Of a stretch of 64,000 nucleotides of DNA, positions 49,690-59,543 are shown piece after piece. Origin of the DNA: an uncultured Lachnospiraceae bacterium (lineage in GTDB: Bacteria > Bacillota > Clostridia > Lachnospirales > Lachnospiraceae). The position numbers were made by a program, and so were the translations under genes. Location: assembly GCA_910579425.1 (NCBI GenBank), contig CAJTVL010000016.1, positions 1,458 through 65,457 on the forward strand, given 5' to 3'. Under the pieces are notes generated by a model. The model was not told where the DNA came from. It worked only from the letters and a program-made list of their open reading frames with translations, and searched no databases. Each line of letters opens with the position of its first letter. Position 1 is the stretch's first letter.

Positions 49690-51108
49690 ATGAAAAAGAA
49701 GAAACCCAATCTAATCTATGTTTTTGCGGATCAGCTCCGTTATTTCAGCTTAGGGTATGCAGGGGATAAGAGGGCGCTGACTCCCAATATCGACAGGCTG
49801 TGTGCCGAGAGCACGGATTTATGCCAGGCTGTCTCCGGGCACCCTGTCTGCGCCCCCTATAGGGCATCCCTTCTGACAGGGAAATATACCACCAGCACAG
49901 GGATGGTGATTAATGAAATCCGCATGAATACCAATCATCACACCTTTGCGGATGTGTTGGACGAAAACGGATACGAGACCGCTTATATTGGGAAATGGCA
50001 CATGTATGCGGCCCAGCTTGGGAATCATTATGACCCCAAAAACTCCTATGTCCCCAAGGGCAGGGACAGGCTGGGCTTTGACGATTATTTTGCAGGCTAT
50101 AATTTCCGGCATGAATATGGGGTGGGAACGGCCTATTATCATTTGGACAGCCCGGAAAAAATCTACTACGATCAGTATGAGCCAAACGCCCAGGTGGATA
50201 TGGCGATCGAGCAGATAAAGCGCTTATCGGAGGGGGAAAAGCCCTTTGCCCTGTTTTTGTCCATCGGGACGCCCCACGATCCCTGGGTGGCGGAGAATGT
50301 GCCGCCTGAATATCTGGAGAGGTTTGCGGGGACTGACTTTGAGCTTCCGCCCAATTACCTGCCGGATAACGACCCCCATGCGGACGAGTGGGCCAGGCTT
50401 TCCCAAAAGGAGAGAGGCGAGCTGACAGAGTGGGTGCGGGTTTACTATGCCATGACAGCCAATTTGGACGACAATATCGGAAGATTGATGGAAGCGATCA
50501 AGAAAATGGGGCTGGAGGAGGATTCGATTATCGTCTTTACCTCCGACCACGGGGAGCTCTTTGGCGCCCACGGCAGAAGGGCCAAAAATATTTTTTATGA
50601 GGAAGCGGTGAGAGTGCCTTTCCTGGTGAGGTGGAAGGGCGAGCTTTCGGAGGGCGTAAAGAGGGACTTTGTTTTCAATACGGTGGACATTATGCCCAGC
50701 TTTTTAACCCTGATGGGATTGCCTGTGCCAGAGGAGACAGAGGGAAAAGACCTTTCGCAGTGCATCCGGGGGCAGGCGGATACGCAGGAGGGTGCACTGA
50801 TGATGTGTACCGGCCCCACGGCGGTCTTCGGGGACGGAAACGAGTGGCGCGCCTACCGCACCAGGGAGTTTACCTATGCGGTGTTTAAGGCGGACGGCAT
50901 GGAGCTGCTGTTTGACAATCAGAAGGATCCTTATCAGATGCACAACCTCGTAGGCGACCCGGCTTATGGACAGGTCATGGCGGATTTAAAGTCCAGGATG
51001 TATGCCGAAATGGAGAGAATCAACGACCATTTTGAAAATAACACCTATTATGAAAAGAACTGGGTGGAAAACCGGCTGATCAAAAGGACGGCCACGCTGA
51101 AAGGATGA
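49690..51108 (+). CDS. Cys-type formylglycine-dependent sulfatase
   Basis: PNLIYVFADQ, CAPYRASLLTG (CxPxR), GKWH, PHDP, TSDHG. Confidence 0.93.
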   Translation: MKKKKPNLIYVFADQLRYFSLGYAGDKRALTPNIDRLCAESTDLCQAVSGHPVCAPYRASLLTGKYTTSTGMVINEIRMNTNHHTFADVLDENGYETAYIGKWHMYAAQLGNHYDPKNSYVPKGRDRLGFDDYFAGYNFRHEYGVGTAYYHLDSPEKIYYDQYEPNAQVDMAIEQIKRLSEGEKPFALFLSIGTPHDPWVAENVPPEYLERFAGTDFELPPNYLPDNDPHADEWARLSQKERGELTEWVRVYYAMTANLDDNIGRLMEAIKKMGLEEDSIIVFTSDHGELFGAHGRRAKNIFYEEAVRVPFLVRWKGELSEGVKRDFVFNTVDIMPSFLTLMGLPVPEETEGKDLSQCIRGQADTQEGALMMCTGPTAVFGDGNEWRAYRTREFTYAVFKADGMELLFDNQKDPYQMHNLVGDPAYGQVMADLKSRMYAEMERINDHFENNTYYEKNWVENRLIKRTATLKG

Positions 51109-51112
51109 TGAC

Positions 51113-51943
51113 TCAGCGGTACCCGGAGGGGGAGACGCCGTACCATTTCCTGAAAAAACCGGAAAAGTGATGGTAGTCCGAAAAGCCCAACTGCTCGGAG
51201 ATTTCCTGGATGGAGAGGGTGGTACATTTCAGCAGTGTGCAGGCAAGCTCCCCCTTTTGGGTCAGATAGTAATGATAGGGCGTGACGCCGTAAGTCTCTT
51301 TAAAGAGATGGATGGCCCGGGAACGGGACAAATGTACGTGACCCGCCATATCGTCGATGGAAAGGGGAAGGGTTAAATTCTGTTCAATGAAATTTTTGAG
51401 AGCCAGAGCCTGGGACGGGCTTTGGCTCTGCTGTCCCATAAACAGGGACAATGCCTGAATATGTTGATGCAGCAAAAGAGCCAGCTCCTGGGTGCACCCG
51501 GCCGGTTCTTTTTTCATGGCAAGAAAGATCGCCCTCAGGTGAGTTTCATCGCCGAAGGAAGGGATTTTTACCAGGCCGTCCAGTCCGTAATCGGTGAGCA
51601 GATGGCGCACAAGGCTCCCGCTTACATTGAACCAGATCTTTTTCCAGGGATTTTTGGGATCGGAAAAATAGTGATGAAATTCCCCTTCGCGGAGCACATA
51701 GGCGTCCCCTTTTTCCAGGGTAAGCAATTTTTCCCCCTGCCGGACATAGCCTTTTCCGTCCAACACATATTCAAAGACATGGCATTCCCCACTGCTGCGT
51801 TTAATTTCATAGGAAGGATTGGGCCAGGTGATGCCGGACAAAAGAGGGGAAAAGCCGGGGCCTCCCTGTCCCGTGTAGAGGGCGAATTCTTCTTTTGGGG
51901 TGTTCCCTTTGGGAAAAGGGTGAAAATCAGATGTTTCTGCCAT
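51113..51943 (-). CDS. AraC family regulator
   Basis: Cupin N-terminus; IQEISEQLGFSDYHHFSGFFRKWYGVSP. Confidence 0.92.
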   Translation of the reverse strand: MAETSDFHPFPKGNTPKEEFALYTGQGGPGFSPLLSGITWPNPSYEIKRSSGECHVFEYVLDGKGYVRQGEKLLTLEKGDAYVLREGEFHHYFSDPKNPWKKIWFNVSGSLVRHLLTDYGLDGLVKIPSFGDETHLRAIFLAMKKEPAGCTQELALLLHQHIQALSLFMGQQSQSPSQALALKNFIEQNLTLPLSIDDMAGHVHLSRSRAIHLFKETYGVTPYHYYLTQKGELACTLLKCTTLSIQEISEQLGFSDYHHFSGFFRKWYGVSPSGYR

Positions 51944-52097
51944 GACGGCCTCTCCTTTGGGATTAAGATAGCACTAATTGATACATATTCAGGCATTTTT
52001 TCCATGTTTTTTTCTGAAAAACAACGTTATAATGTACCTAACATAAATTTATCATAAAATGATTTTACAGGCAAGTGACAAGAAGGAGGAACAGACA

Positions 52098-53813
52098 ATG
52101 GGGGTAATACCAAGACCAGAGCATCCGCAGCCTCAGATGGTGAGGAAGAGCTGGATGAATTTAAACGGAGAGTGGGACTTTTGCTTTGATTTCGGAAACA
52201 GCGGCATTGACCGGAAATTTTATGAGAGGACAGAGCTGGATCAGAAAATTGTGGTTCCTTTCTGCCCCGAGAGCAGCTTAAGCGGGATCGGTTATAAAGA
52301 TTTTATGCGTGCGGTGTGGTATCACCGGACGATAACCATCGCAAAGGAGCAGTTAAACGGCAGGATTCTTCTGCATTTCGGCGCAGTGGACTATGAGTGC
52401 CGGGTGTGGGTGAACGGCATTGAGGCCGGCAGGCACAAAGGCGGCTATACCTCCTTTTGTATGGACATTACGGAGCTGGTAAAAGAGGGGGAAAACCACC
52501 TCAGCGTCTATGCCGGGGACGATACGGGAAGCGGCAGACAGCCTAGGGGAAAGCAGAGCAGTCTTTATTACTCTCATGGCTGTGACTATACCCGCACCAC
52601 CGGGATCTGGCAGACGGTGTGGCTGGAGTTTGTGCCCGAGAGCTATATTGAAAGAGTACAGTATTATCCCAATATTGGGGAAGGGACGCTGACCGTGAAA
52701 GCCCTGACGAAGGGAGGCGGCGAGCTGAGCGCCAAAGCATTCTATGAGGGGAAGGAGTGCGGCAGCGCCGCAGCAAAGACAAGCCCCGGCGGGACGGTGC
52801 TCACCCTTTCTCTCAGTGAACTGCATTTATGGGAGGCCGGGGAAGGAAGGCTATATGATCTTGTGCTTACCTTTGGGGAGGACCAGGTCAAAAGTTATTT
52901 CGGTATGCGCGAGGTTCAGATTCAGGGCGAGAAGGTGCTGATCAACGGAAAGTCCGTGTTCCAGAGGCTGGTGCTGGATCAGGGCTTTTATCCGGACGGC
53001 ATTTACACCGCGCCGGATACGGAGGCGCTGAAGCGGGACATTGAGCTGTCCATGGCGGCAGGCTTTAACGGCGCACGTCTCCACGAGAAGGTATTTGAGC
53101 CCAGATTCTTATATTACTGCGATAAGCTTGGATACCTGGTGTGGGGAGAGCAGGCAAACTGGGGAATGGATTTCAGCGCGCCTCAGGGTCTTAAATATTT
53201 CCTGCCAGAGTGGATGGAAGCCGTGGAGAGAGATTTCAACCATCCCGCCATCATTGGATGGTGCCCCTTTAACGAAACCTGGGATTATGAGGGACGGGCT
53301 CAGGATGACGAGCTTTTGGAGATTGTCTACCGAATGACCAAGCTTTACGATACCACAAGGCCCTGCATTGATACCAGCGGCAATTTCCATGTAAAGACAG
53401 ATATTTATGACCTGCACGATTATGAACAGGATCCGAAGGTGTTTGCCTCCCATTATCAGGAGTTTGCAGACGGCGGAGAGCTTCGGGATACCCATCCCAA
53501 GAGACAGACGCCGGTGAAAGGGGTTCCGGTTTTTATCAGCGAGTACGGCGGCATCAAGTGGGACGTGGAAAACAGCAACGAACAGAGCTGGGGATACGGC
53601 CGGGGGCCGGAGACGGAGGAGGCCTTTATCCGGAGATACAAAGGACTGACCGATGCCTTGCTGGACAATCCTCATATGTTCGGATTCTGTTATACCCAGC
53701 TCTATGATGTGGAGCAGGAGGTAAACGGGCTGTATACCTACGAGAGAAAGCCCAAATTCGATATGGAGATCTTTAAAAAGATTAACGGCCGCAGGGCGGC
53801 AATCGAGGATTAA
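52098..53813 (+). CDS. glycoside hydrolase family 2
   Basis: PRPEHPQPQ, LHFGAVDY, TGIWQTVWLE, LDQGFYPDG, NHPAIIGWCPFNE, ISEYGG. Confidence 0.92.
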   Translation: MGVIPRPEHPQPQMVRKSWMNLNGEWDFCFDFGNSGIDRKFYERTELDQKIVVPFCPESSLSGIGYKDFMRAVWYHRTITIAKEQLNGRILLHFGAVDYECRVWVNGIEAGRHKGGYTSFCMDITELVKEGENHLSVYAGDDTGSGRQPRGKQSSLYYSHGCDYTRTTGIWQTVWLEFVPESYIERVQYYPNIGEGTLTVKALTKGGGELSAKAFYEGKECGSAAAKTSPGGTVLTLSLSELHLWEAGEGRLYDLVLTFGEDQVKSYFGMREVQIQGEKVLINGKSVFQRLVLDQGFYPDGIYTAPDTEALKRDIELSMAAGFNGARLHEKVFEPRFLYYCDKLGYLVWGEQANWGMDFSAPQGLKYFLPEWMEAVERDFNHPAIIGWCPFNETWDYEGRAQDDELLEIVYRMTKLYDTTRPCIDTSGNFHVKTDIYDLHDYEQDPKVFASHYQEFADGGELRDTHPKRQTPVKGVPVFISEYGGIKWDVENSNEQSWGYGRGPETEEAFIRRYKGLTDALLDNPHMFGFCYTQLYDVEQEVNGLYTYERKPKFDMEIFKKINGRRAAIED

Positions 53814-53881
53814 GAACAGACAGGCCGGGCCGGGATGCTTCGCGGGCCGGCCTGATTCGTATAGGAAAGGATGAGAGAACG

Positions 53882-55924
53882 ATGAAAAAAGAAAACATAT
53901 GTCAGGCCGACCGCATTGCTGCCGTGCCGCTGATTACCTGCGACCCCTATTTCAGTCTCTGGTCGGGAAGCGACTGCCTGTATGAGACGGATACCATGCA
54001 CTGGACGGGTGTTATCAAAAGGATGAGAGGAGTCGCCGAGGTGGACGGCAAAACGTTTCGGTTTGCCGGGCTTGGAACGGAGGAGACTCTCCGGCAGACA
54101 AAAATGCAGGTAAATTCTACAAACACTTGTTATCATTTTGAAGGGGCGGGGATTTCACTTCAGGTGAAATTCTGGACGCCGCTGCTTTTGGATGATCCGG
54201 AGGTTTTGTCAAGGCCCTGTTCCTATGTGGATATGAAGGTTACAGCTCTCGACGGAAAAGAACATCAGGTACAGATCAGATGGAGCTTTGACGAGGAATT
54301 TTGTTATGACGGGGAAGAATCGAAAGCAATAGGAGGCGGGTGTTATTTTTGTGAAAACCGTCAGCTTGCATGGATGGGACAGCGCAGACAGACGCCATTG
54401 GGACACAGCGGGGACGGAGTTACCATCGACTGGGGGTATCTGTATCTTGCGGTAGAAGGGAAAGATGCTGAAAAAGCAACCGTTATTTACCGGCAGCAAA
54501 ACGCAGAGGCACAGGAAGAGAGAGCCTGCCTCTCAGCAATCTTTAAACTGAAAGCAGAACCGGAAAAAGAAAGCAGGGCAACGCTTGTGGCGGCATATGA
54601 CGATGTTGCGGCTATCTTTTATTTTGGACGCATGATGCCGGGATATTGGGCGAGAAACGGAAAAACAATTGTTACCGCAATTGGGGAAGCCTTTGAGCAG
54701 AAGGAAGAGCTGAGCAGAAGATGCCGAGAATTTGACCAATTGCTGCAAAAGGATACCGAAAGCTTCGGAGCCGCCTATGCCCAAATTTGTTCGGCGGCCT
54801 ACCGTCAGTCCATTGCCGCCCATAAGCTGATCGCGGATGAAGAGGGAAGGCTCATTTTCCTGTCCAAGGAATGCTTTTCCAATGGCTGCATCGGTACGGT
54901 GGATGTGACTTATCCCTCCACGCCGCTGTATTTCTGTTACCAGCCGGAGCTGGTGCGGGCAATGCTGCGCCCGGTTTTGCGTTTTGCACGTATGCCGGTG
55001 TGGAACTTTGACTTTGCCCCTCACGACGTGGGGCGTTATCCCTATGTTTCCGGCCAGGTGTACGGGCTTGAGAAGGAGCAGAGGGCTTATGCGGAAATGA
55101 GCCTGGAACAGGAGCAGGGACAGGTATTTCCCATGTTTTATCAGATGCCCGGGGAGGCGGCGCCTTACGGTTTAAAAGATCAAATGCCTGTGGAGGAGAG
55201 CGGAAATATGCTGATTCTGGCGGCGGCGCTGGTAAAGCTGGAACCGGAAAAGGGAAGGGATGTCACCCTGGAAAGCATGGATTTGTATGAGAAATGGGTG
55301 AAGTATCTGTTGGAGTACGGGAGCGACCCGGGAGAGCAGCTTTGTACGGATGATTTTGCGGGACACCTGGCTCATAACGTGAATCTTGCCGTCAAGGCAA
55401 TTATGGGCGTGGAATCTTACGGGATTCTGCTTCGCGCGGCAGGAAGAGAAGAGGAGGCAGACCGGTTCCATCAAAAGGCAGTTCAGATGGCCGGGGATGT
55501 GTATGAGAGATCAAAAGCGCAGGATCACACCAAACTGACCTTTGACGGCCCGGACGAGAGCTGGAGCCTGAAATATAACGCGGTATGGGATCTGCTCTTT
55601 GGGTCAGGGCTGTGGCCAGAGTGCTTTTATGAGCAGGAGCTTTCTTATTATGAAGGGAGGCAAAATGACTATGGAGTCCCTTTAGACTCCCGCAATACCT
55701 ACACAAAAAGCGACTGGATTATGTGGTGTGCGGCTATGTGGGACCAGCCTGAGAAAGTGGAGCTGTTTGCGGAGAGAATTTTGAGGTTCTTAAAAGAGAG
55801 CCCCGACCGCGTTCCTTTTTCGGACTGGTATGACACGGTGAGCAGTAAGCAGATCGGCTTCCAGAACAGAACCGTTCAGGGCGGACTATTTATGCCGCTG
55901 CTGCATAAAAAACAATTGCTCTGA
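53882..55924 (+). CDS. GtaA/DUF4965-DUF5127-DUF1793 family protein (annotated glutaminase-like, six-hairpin fold)
   Basis: AVPLITCDPYFSLWS, SKECFSNGCIGTVDV, APHDVGRYP, MPVEESGNM, TDDFAG, TKSDW. Confidence 0.88.
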   Translation: MKKENICQADRIAAVPLITCDPYFSLWSGSDCLYETDTMHWTGVIKRMRGVAEVDGKTFRFAGLGTEETLRQTKMQVNSTNTCYHFEGAGISLQVKFWTPLLLDDPEVLSRPCSYVDMKVTALDGKEHQVQIRWSFDEEFCYDGEESKAIGGGCYFCENRQLAWMGQRRQTPLGHSGDGVTIDWGYLYLAVEGKDAEKATVIYRQQNAEAQEERACLSAIFKLKAEPEKESRATLVAAYDDVAAIFYFGRMMPGYWARNGKTIVTAIGEAFEQKEELSRRCREFDQLLQKDTESFGAAYAQICSAAYRQSIAAHKLIADEEGRLIFLSKECFSNGCIGTVDVTYPSTPLYFCYQPELVRAMLRPVLRFARMPVWNFDFAPHDVGRYPYVSGQVYGLEKEQRAYAEMSLEQEQGQVFPMFYQMPGEAAPYGLKDQMPVEESGNMLILAAALVKLEPEKGRDVTLESMDLYEKWVKYLLEYGSDPGEQLCTDDFAGHLAHNVNLAVKAIMGVESYGILLRAAGREEEADRFHQKAVQMAGDVYERSKAQDHTKLTFDGPDESWSLKYNAVWDLLFGSGLWPECFYEQELSYYEGRQNDYGVPLDSRNTYTKSDWIMWCAAMWDQPEKVELFAERILRFLKESPDRVPFSDWYDTVSSKQIGFQNRTVQGGLFMPLLHKKQLL

Positions 55925-56008
55925 TGGCAGTCTTGAATACACCCCCAAAATAAGTTATGATAGAAGAGATAGTTTAAAGAGAATCTCAGGCGTACAGGGG
56001 GTAAAGGA

Positions 56009-58576
56009 ATGCACGAGCGTGAAAAAGAGACGATAACCCTGCATTTAATCATCAGGCTTTTTCTGATACTGGTTCTTTGTGCCGCAATCTTTGGTTTTTC
56101 TGCTTATTTGAGCAACAGGCAGAGCGGGAAGACGATTGAAACCGTCGGCGATCTTTATATGCACAGTATGAGTGAGGAAATGGCTTTTCACGTGGAAACC
56201 GTCATCAATCTGTATCTTGGTCAGTTGGAAGCCGTTATGGTTGATATAGAAAAAAGCGACTTGAAGGATTGGGGAGATGAGGAGCTGAAAGAAAAGCTGA
56301 CGGATACTGCCCAGGCATATGATTTTGATTATCTGGCGCTTTATTCTACGGAGGGGGAGGTGCAGATTCTTTATGGCAGCGCCGTAACCCTGGAGGAGGA
56401 GGCCCGGGTATTTCTTTCCGATTTGAAGAGGGGAGAAAAAAAGGTAACCTCGGGGACGGATGTGACCGGAAAAAAAATGATTTTAATAGGGGATCCGGCT
56501 CCCTTTCAGGAAGGGGGAGAAGGATCCCCCATGGCTCTTGTGGCCGGTTTTGAGGAAGAAAAAATAGCGGAGATCTTATCCCTTGGAAACTCTGATTCCC
56601 CGGTATATTCCCATATTATTTCCATAGACGGCAGTTCCATGATCCGCAGCGGCGAGGCGGTGCGGGATAATTATTTCCAGAGACTTTATGACGAGATTAC
56701 CGGTGAGGAAGAAAAATATGTGGAAGAGTTAAGGACAGCCATGGGGGAAAACGGACACTATTCAAAGGTGTTTATGGTGGACGGGGAGCGCTGTCATCTG
56801 CATTGTACCAGGCTTAAATATACAGAATGGTTTTTGATTGTGATCATGCCCTACAGCTCTTTGGATGCGGCAATTTCCGAGTTGAGCGGGAATTTGCTGC
56901 TGATCTCTTTCGGCGGTTTTGCGATTATTTTAGCGGCGCTTTTATGGACCTTCCGATCCTATTTTAAAGAAATCAGGCGTCAGATGGACGAGTTGGATAA
57001 GGTGCGTCAGGAGGCGGTGGAGGCAAACAGGTCTAAAAGTGAATTTCTCTCCAATATGAGCCATGACATTCGCACGCCCATGAATGCGGTGGTGGGGATG
57101 ACAGCCATTGCGCAGGCCAATATTGACGACAAGGAGCAGGTCCAAAACTGTCTGAAAAAGATTGCTCTTTCCGGCAGGCATCTTTTGGGATTGATCAATG
57201 ATGTGCTTGATATGTCCAAAATTGAGAGCGGAAAGCTTACGCTTTCCATAGATCAGGTTTCTCTGCGTGAAGTCATGGATGGGCTTGTGAACATGATGAA
57301 ACCTCAGGTAAATGCCAGAAAGCAGAACTTTGAGGTAATCATCCGGAACATTTCTACCGAGGACGTCTGCTGCGACAGTGTCCGGCTCAATCAGGTGCTC
57401 ATTAATCTGCTGGGAAATTCCGTAAAGTTCACGCCGGATGGCGGTCATATCCGGATGACGATGTATGAGGAGGAGTCTTTAAAGGGAGAAGATTATATCC
57501 GGGTCCACTTTTTGGTGGAGGATACCGGCATCGGCATGGCGCCGGAATTTATAGAAAAGATTTTTGAATCCTTTACCCGGGCGGATGCGAAGCGCGTGCA
57601 TAAAACAGAAGGCAGCGGACTGGGGATGGCGATCACGAAATATATTATCGATGCCATGGGCGGAACCATTGATGTTAAAAGCGAGCTGGAAAAAGGGAGC
57701 TGTTTTCATGTAACGCTGGATTTGAAAAAGGCCCGGGTTCAGGAAACAGATATGGTTTTGCCGAATGTCAGAATGCTGGTGGTGGATGATGATGCCCAGC
57801 TTTGTGAGAACACGGCGGAGTTTTTGAAGGACATGGGCATCCATGCGCAGTGGACTCTGGATGCGGTAAGCGCTCTGGCCATGATTGCAGAGCAGTATGA
57901 AAAGAAGGAAGAATATCAGATTATTCTCTCTGACTGGAAACTTCCCGGCACGGACGGGATTTCCCTTGCGAAAGAGATTCGTCGCCGTTATGGAGATGAG
58001 ATACCGATCCTGTTGATCTCCGCCTATGATTGGAGCGAAATTAGAGAAGAGGCCCAGGGGGCCGGAATCAATGGCTATCTTCCCAAGCCTTTGTTTAAAT
58101 CCACGCTTTTTTACGGCCTGAGGCCGTTTATAACGGGAGAAAAAGAATCCGCACCCAAAGAGCAGGAAACGAAAAGTGCGTATACAGATCTGACAGGCAG
58201 GCGGATTTTGGTGGCGGAGGACAATGAACTAAATTGGGAGATTGCAAGAGAATTGCTCTCCGGGCAGGGAATCGAATTAGAGTGGGCGGAGAATGGGGAG
58301 GTATGTCTTGAAAAATTCCGGCAGTCCGGGGAGGGCTTTTATGATGCCGTATTGATGGATGTGCGGATGCCTGTTATGAACGGTTATGAAGCTACCAGGC
58401 AGATACGGGCTTTGAATCGGAAGGATGCGGCCTGCGTTCCAATCATTGCCATGACCGCCGACGCCTTTGCCGAGGATATTAAGCGGTGTCTGGAATGCGG
58501 TATGAATGCCCATGTGGCAAAGCCCATTGATCTCAGGGAACTGACCAGGACGCTTGGAAAGTATATTGCAGGTTGA
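56009..58576 (+). CDS. hybrid sensor histidine kinase with two receiver domains
   Basis: FLSNMSHDIRTPMN, NSVKFT, GSGLGMAI; two REC domains (VVDDD..DWKLP, VAEDN..DVRMP). Confidence 0.95.
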   Translation: MHEREKETITLHLIIRLFLILVLCAAIFGFSAYLSNRQSGKTIETVGDLYMHSMSEEMAFHVETVINLYLGQLEAVMVDIEKSDLKDWGDEELKEKLTDTAQAYDFDYLALYSTEGEVQILYGSAVTLEEEARVFLSDLKRGEKKVTSGTDVTGKKMILIGDPAPFQEGGEGSPMALVAGFEEEKIAEILSLGNSDSPVYSHIISIDGSSMIRSGEAVRDNYFQRLYDEITGEEEKYVEELRTAMGENGHYSKVFMVDGERCHLHCTRLKYTEWFLIVIMPYSSLDAAISELSGNLLLISFGGFAIILAALLWTFRSYFKEIRRQMDELDKVRQEAVEANRSKSEFLSNMSHDIRTPMNAVVGMTAIAQANIDDKEQVQNCLKKIALSGRHLLGLINDVLDMSKIESGKLTLSIDQVSLREVMDGLVNMMKPQVNARKQNFEVIIRNISTEDVCCDSVRLNQVLINLLGNSVKFTPDGGHIRMTMYEEESLKGEDYIRVHFLVEDTGIGMAPEFIEKIFESFTRADAKRVHKTEGSGLGMAITKYIIDAMGGTIDVKSELEKGSCFHVTLDLKKARVQETDMVLPNVRMLVVDDDAQLCENTAEFLKDMGIHAQWTLDAVSALAMIAEQYEKKEEYQIILSDWKLPGTDGISLAKEIRRRYGDEIPILLISAYDWSEIREEAQGAGINGYLPKPLFKSTLFYGLRPFITGEKESAPKEQETKSAYTDLTGRRILVAEDNELNWEIARELLSGQGIELEWAENGEVCLEKFRQSGEGFYDAVLMDVRMPVMNGYEATRQIRALNRKDAACVPIIAMTADAFAEDIKRCLECGMNAHVAKPIDLRELTRTLGKYIAG

Positions 58577-58579
58577 TTT

Positions 58580-58837
58580 ATGAAAAAACAACGTATGTCG
58601 GGCTTGGCTAGTCATCCTTATGTTAAAGAAAAAGTGATACGCATTATTTGCGATCTGTTCATCGCCATATTTTTGCTTGGCTTTGTATTGGCGCTGCTCT
58701 GGTTTATAGGAGGCTCTTTTGAGACGGCGCCTACCATGGAACAGCAGGAGAAAGCGAGGCTTGGGGCAGGCCTGTTAATGATCTTGACGGGAATCCCTTG
58801 TATTGTGTTTGTTTGTGTGCGGCAGAAGTATAAATAA
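58580..58837 (+). CDS. small two-TM membrane protein
   Basis: Two hydrophobic helices; N-terminus formed by the 42-bp repeat. Confidence 0.6.
   Translation: MKKQRMSGLASHPYVKEKVIRIICDLFIAIFLLGFVLALLWFIGGSFETAPTMEQQEKARLGAGLLMILTGIPCIVFVCVRQKYK
58583..58624 (+). repeat. 42-bp dispersed repeat, copy 2
   Basis: 34/42 identical to 15081-15122. Confidence 0.65.
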
Positions 58838-58843
58838 ACACAT

Positions 58844-58886
58844 AAAAAGAACGGAAACCCTGTCAAAATCAGGATTTCCGCTGTTT
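58844..58886. terminator. terminator-like hairpin (original tRNA terminator / bidirectional)
   Basis: CGGAAA-CCCTG...CAGG-ATTTCCG imperfect stem flanked by A and T tracts. Confidence 0.55.
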
Positions 58887-58893
58887 TAACCAA

Positions 58894-58914
58894 AGCTGCT
58901 GACGGGAATCGGAC
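58894..58914 (-). other. att core: displaced 3' end of a tRNA (Thr-type acceptor)
   Basis: Minus strand GTCCGATTCCCGTCAGCAGCT is a T-loop, T-stem and acceptor 3' strand with no tRNA 5' half; marks a sharp shift to AT-rich DNA. Confidence 0.8.
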
Positions 58915-59300
58915 ACGCTAGCAAAGTGCTGAAAATTCAGTAAAATCAAGGGTTTCAGCGTTTTTCATTTGATAGGTTTTGATAGGTTACCAATCATTTG
59001 ACATTTAAGTAGGTTCACAGGAAAGGAGAAGTTCTGTACATCGCAAATGAATATTTGGACACATGCATAAGTCCATGATCAGTTGTAGAAATATGATTGA
59101 TAGTGGGCTTATTTTAGTGCCTGAATAGTTGATTCAATAATAATCACACATCCGGTCTTAAAACGCCTGTATGAGCCTTACAGCGCATCACAGGGGTATT
59201 CTATAACTATCCATAGCAACTCAATCTTACATGACTTAAAACAGCGATTTCATAGCCAATAACAGATTTCAAATAGCAAATCAAAAAGGAGGTCAAATTA

Positions 59301-59543
59301 TTGTACGGAAAAGTTACAAGATATTTCCATGACAGAAAATTCGGATTTATCCAAGGAGAAGATGGCAACACATATTTTATCCATCAATCAAAGCTGAATG
59401 GCGAGCATATAGACTCAGGCTATTATGTATCCTTTAAGCCATTCCAGAATGACAGGAGCGATTACAACGCAAAAAATATCATGGTGATTGAAGCACCAGA
59501 AAGGAAGAGAAAATATGCCAAAGCACATAAGAAACATGAATGA
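59301..59543 (+). CDS. cold-shock domain protein
   Basis: GKVTRYFHDRKFGFI (RNP1), YFIHQS (RNP2); AGGAGG RBS, TTG start. Confidence 0.85.
   Translation: MYGKVTRYFHDRKFGFIQGEDGNTYFIHQSKLNGEHIDSGYYVSFKPFQNDRSDYNAKNIMVIEAPERKRKYAKAHKKHE

Noticed and set aside
58894..58914. intact tRNA gene
   Set aside because: Only the T-arm and acceptor 3' strand are present; no D-arm or anticodon arm
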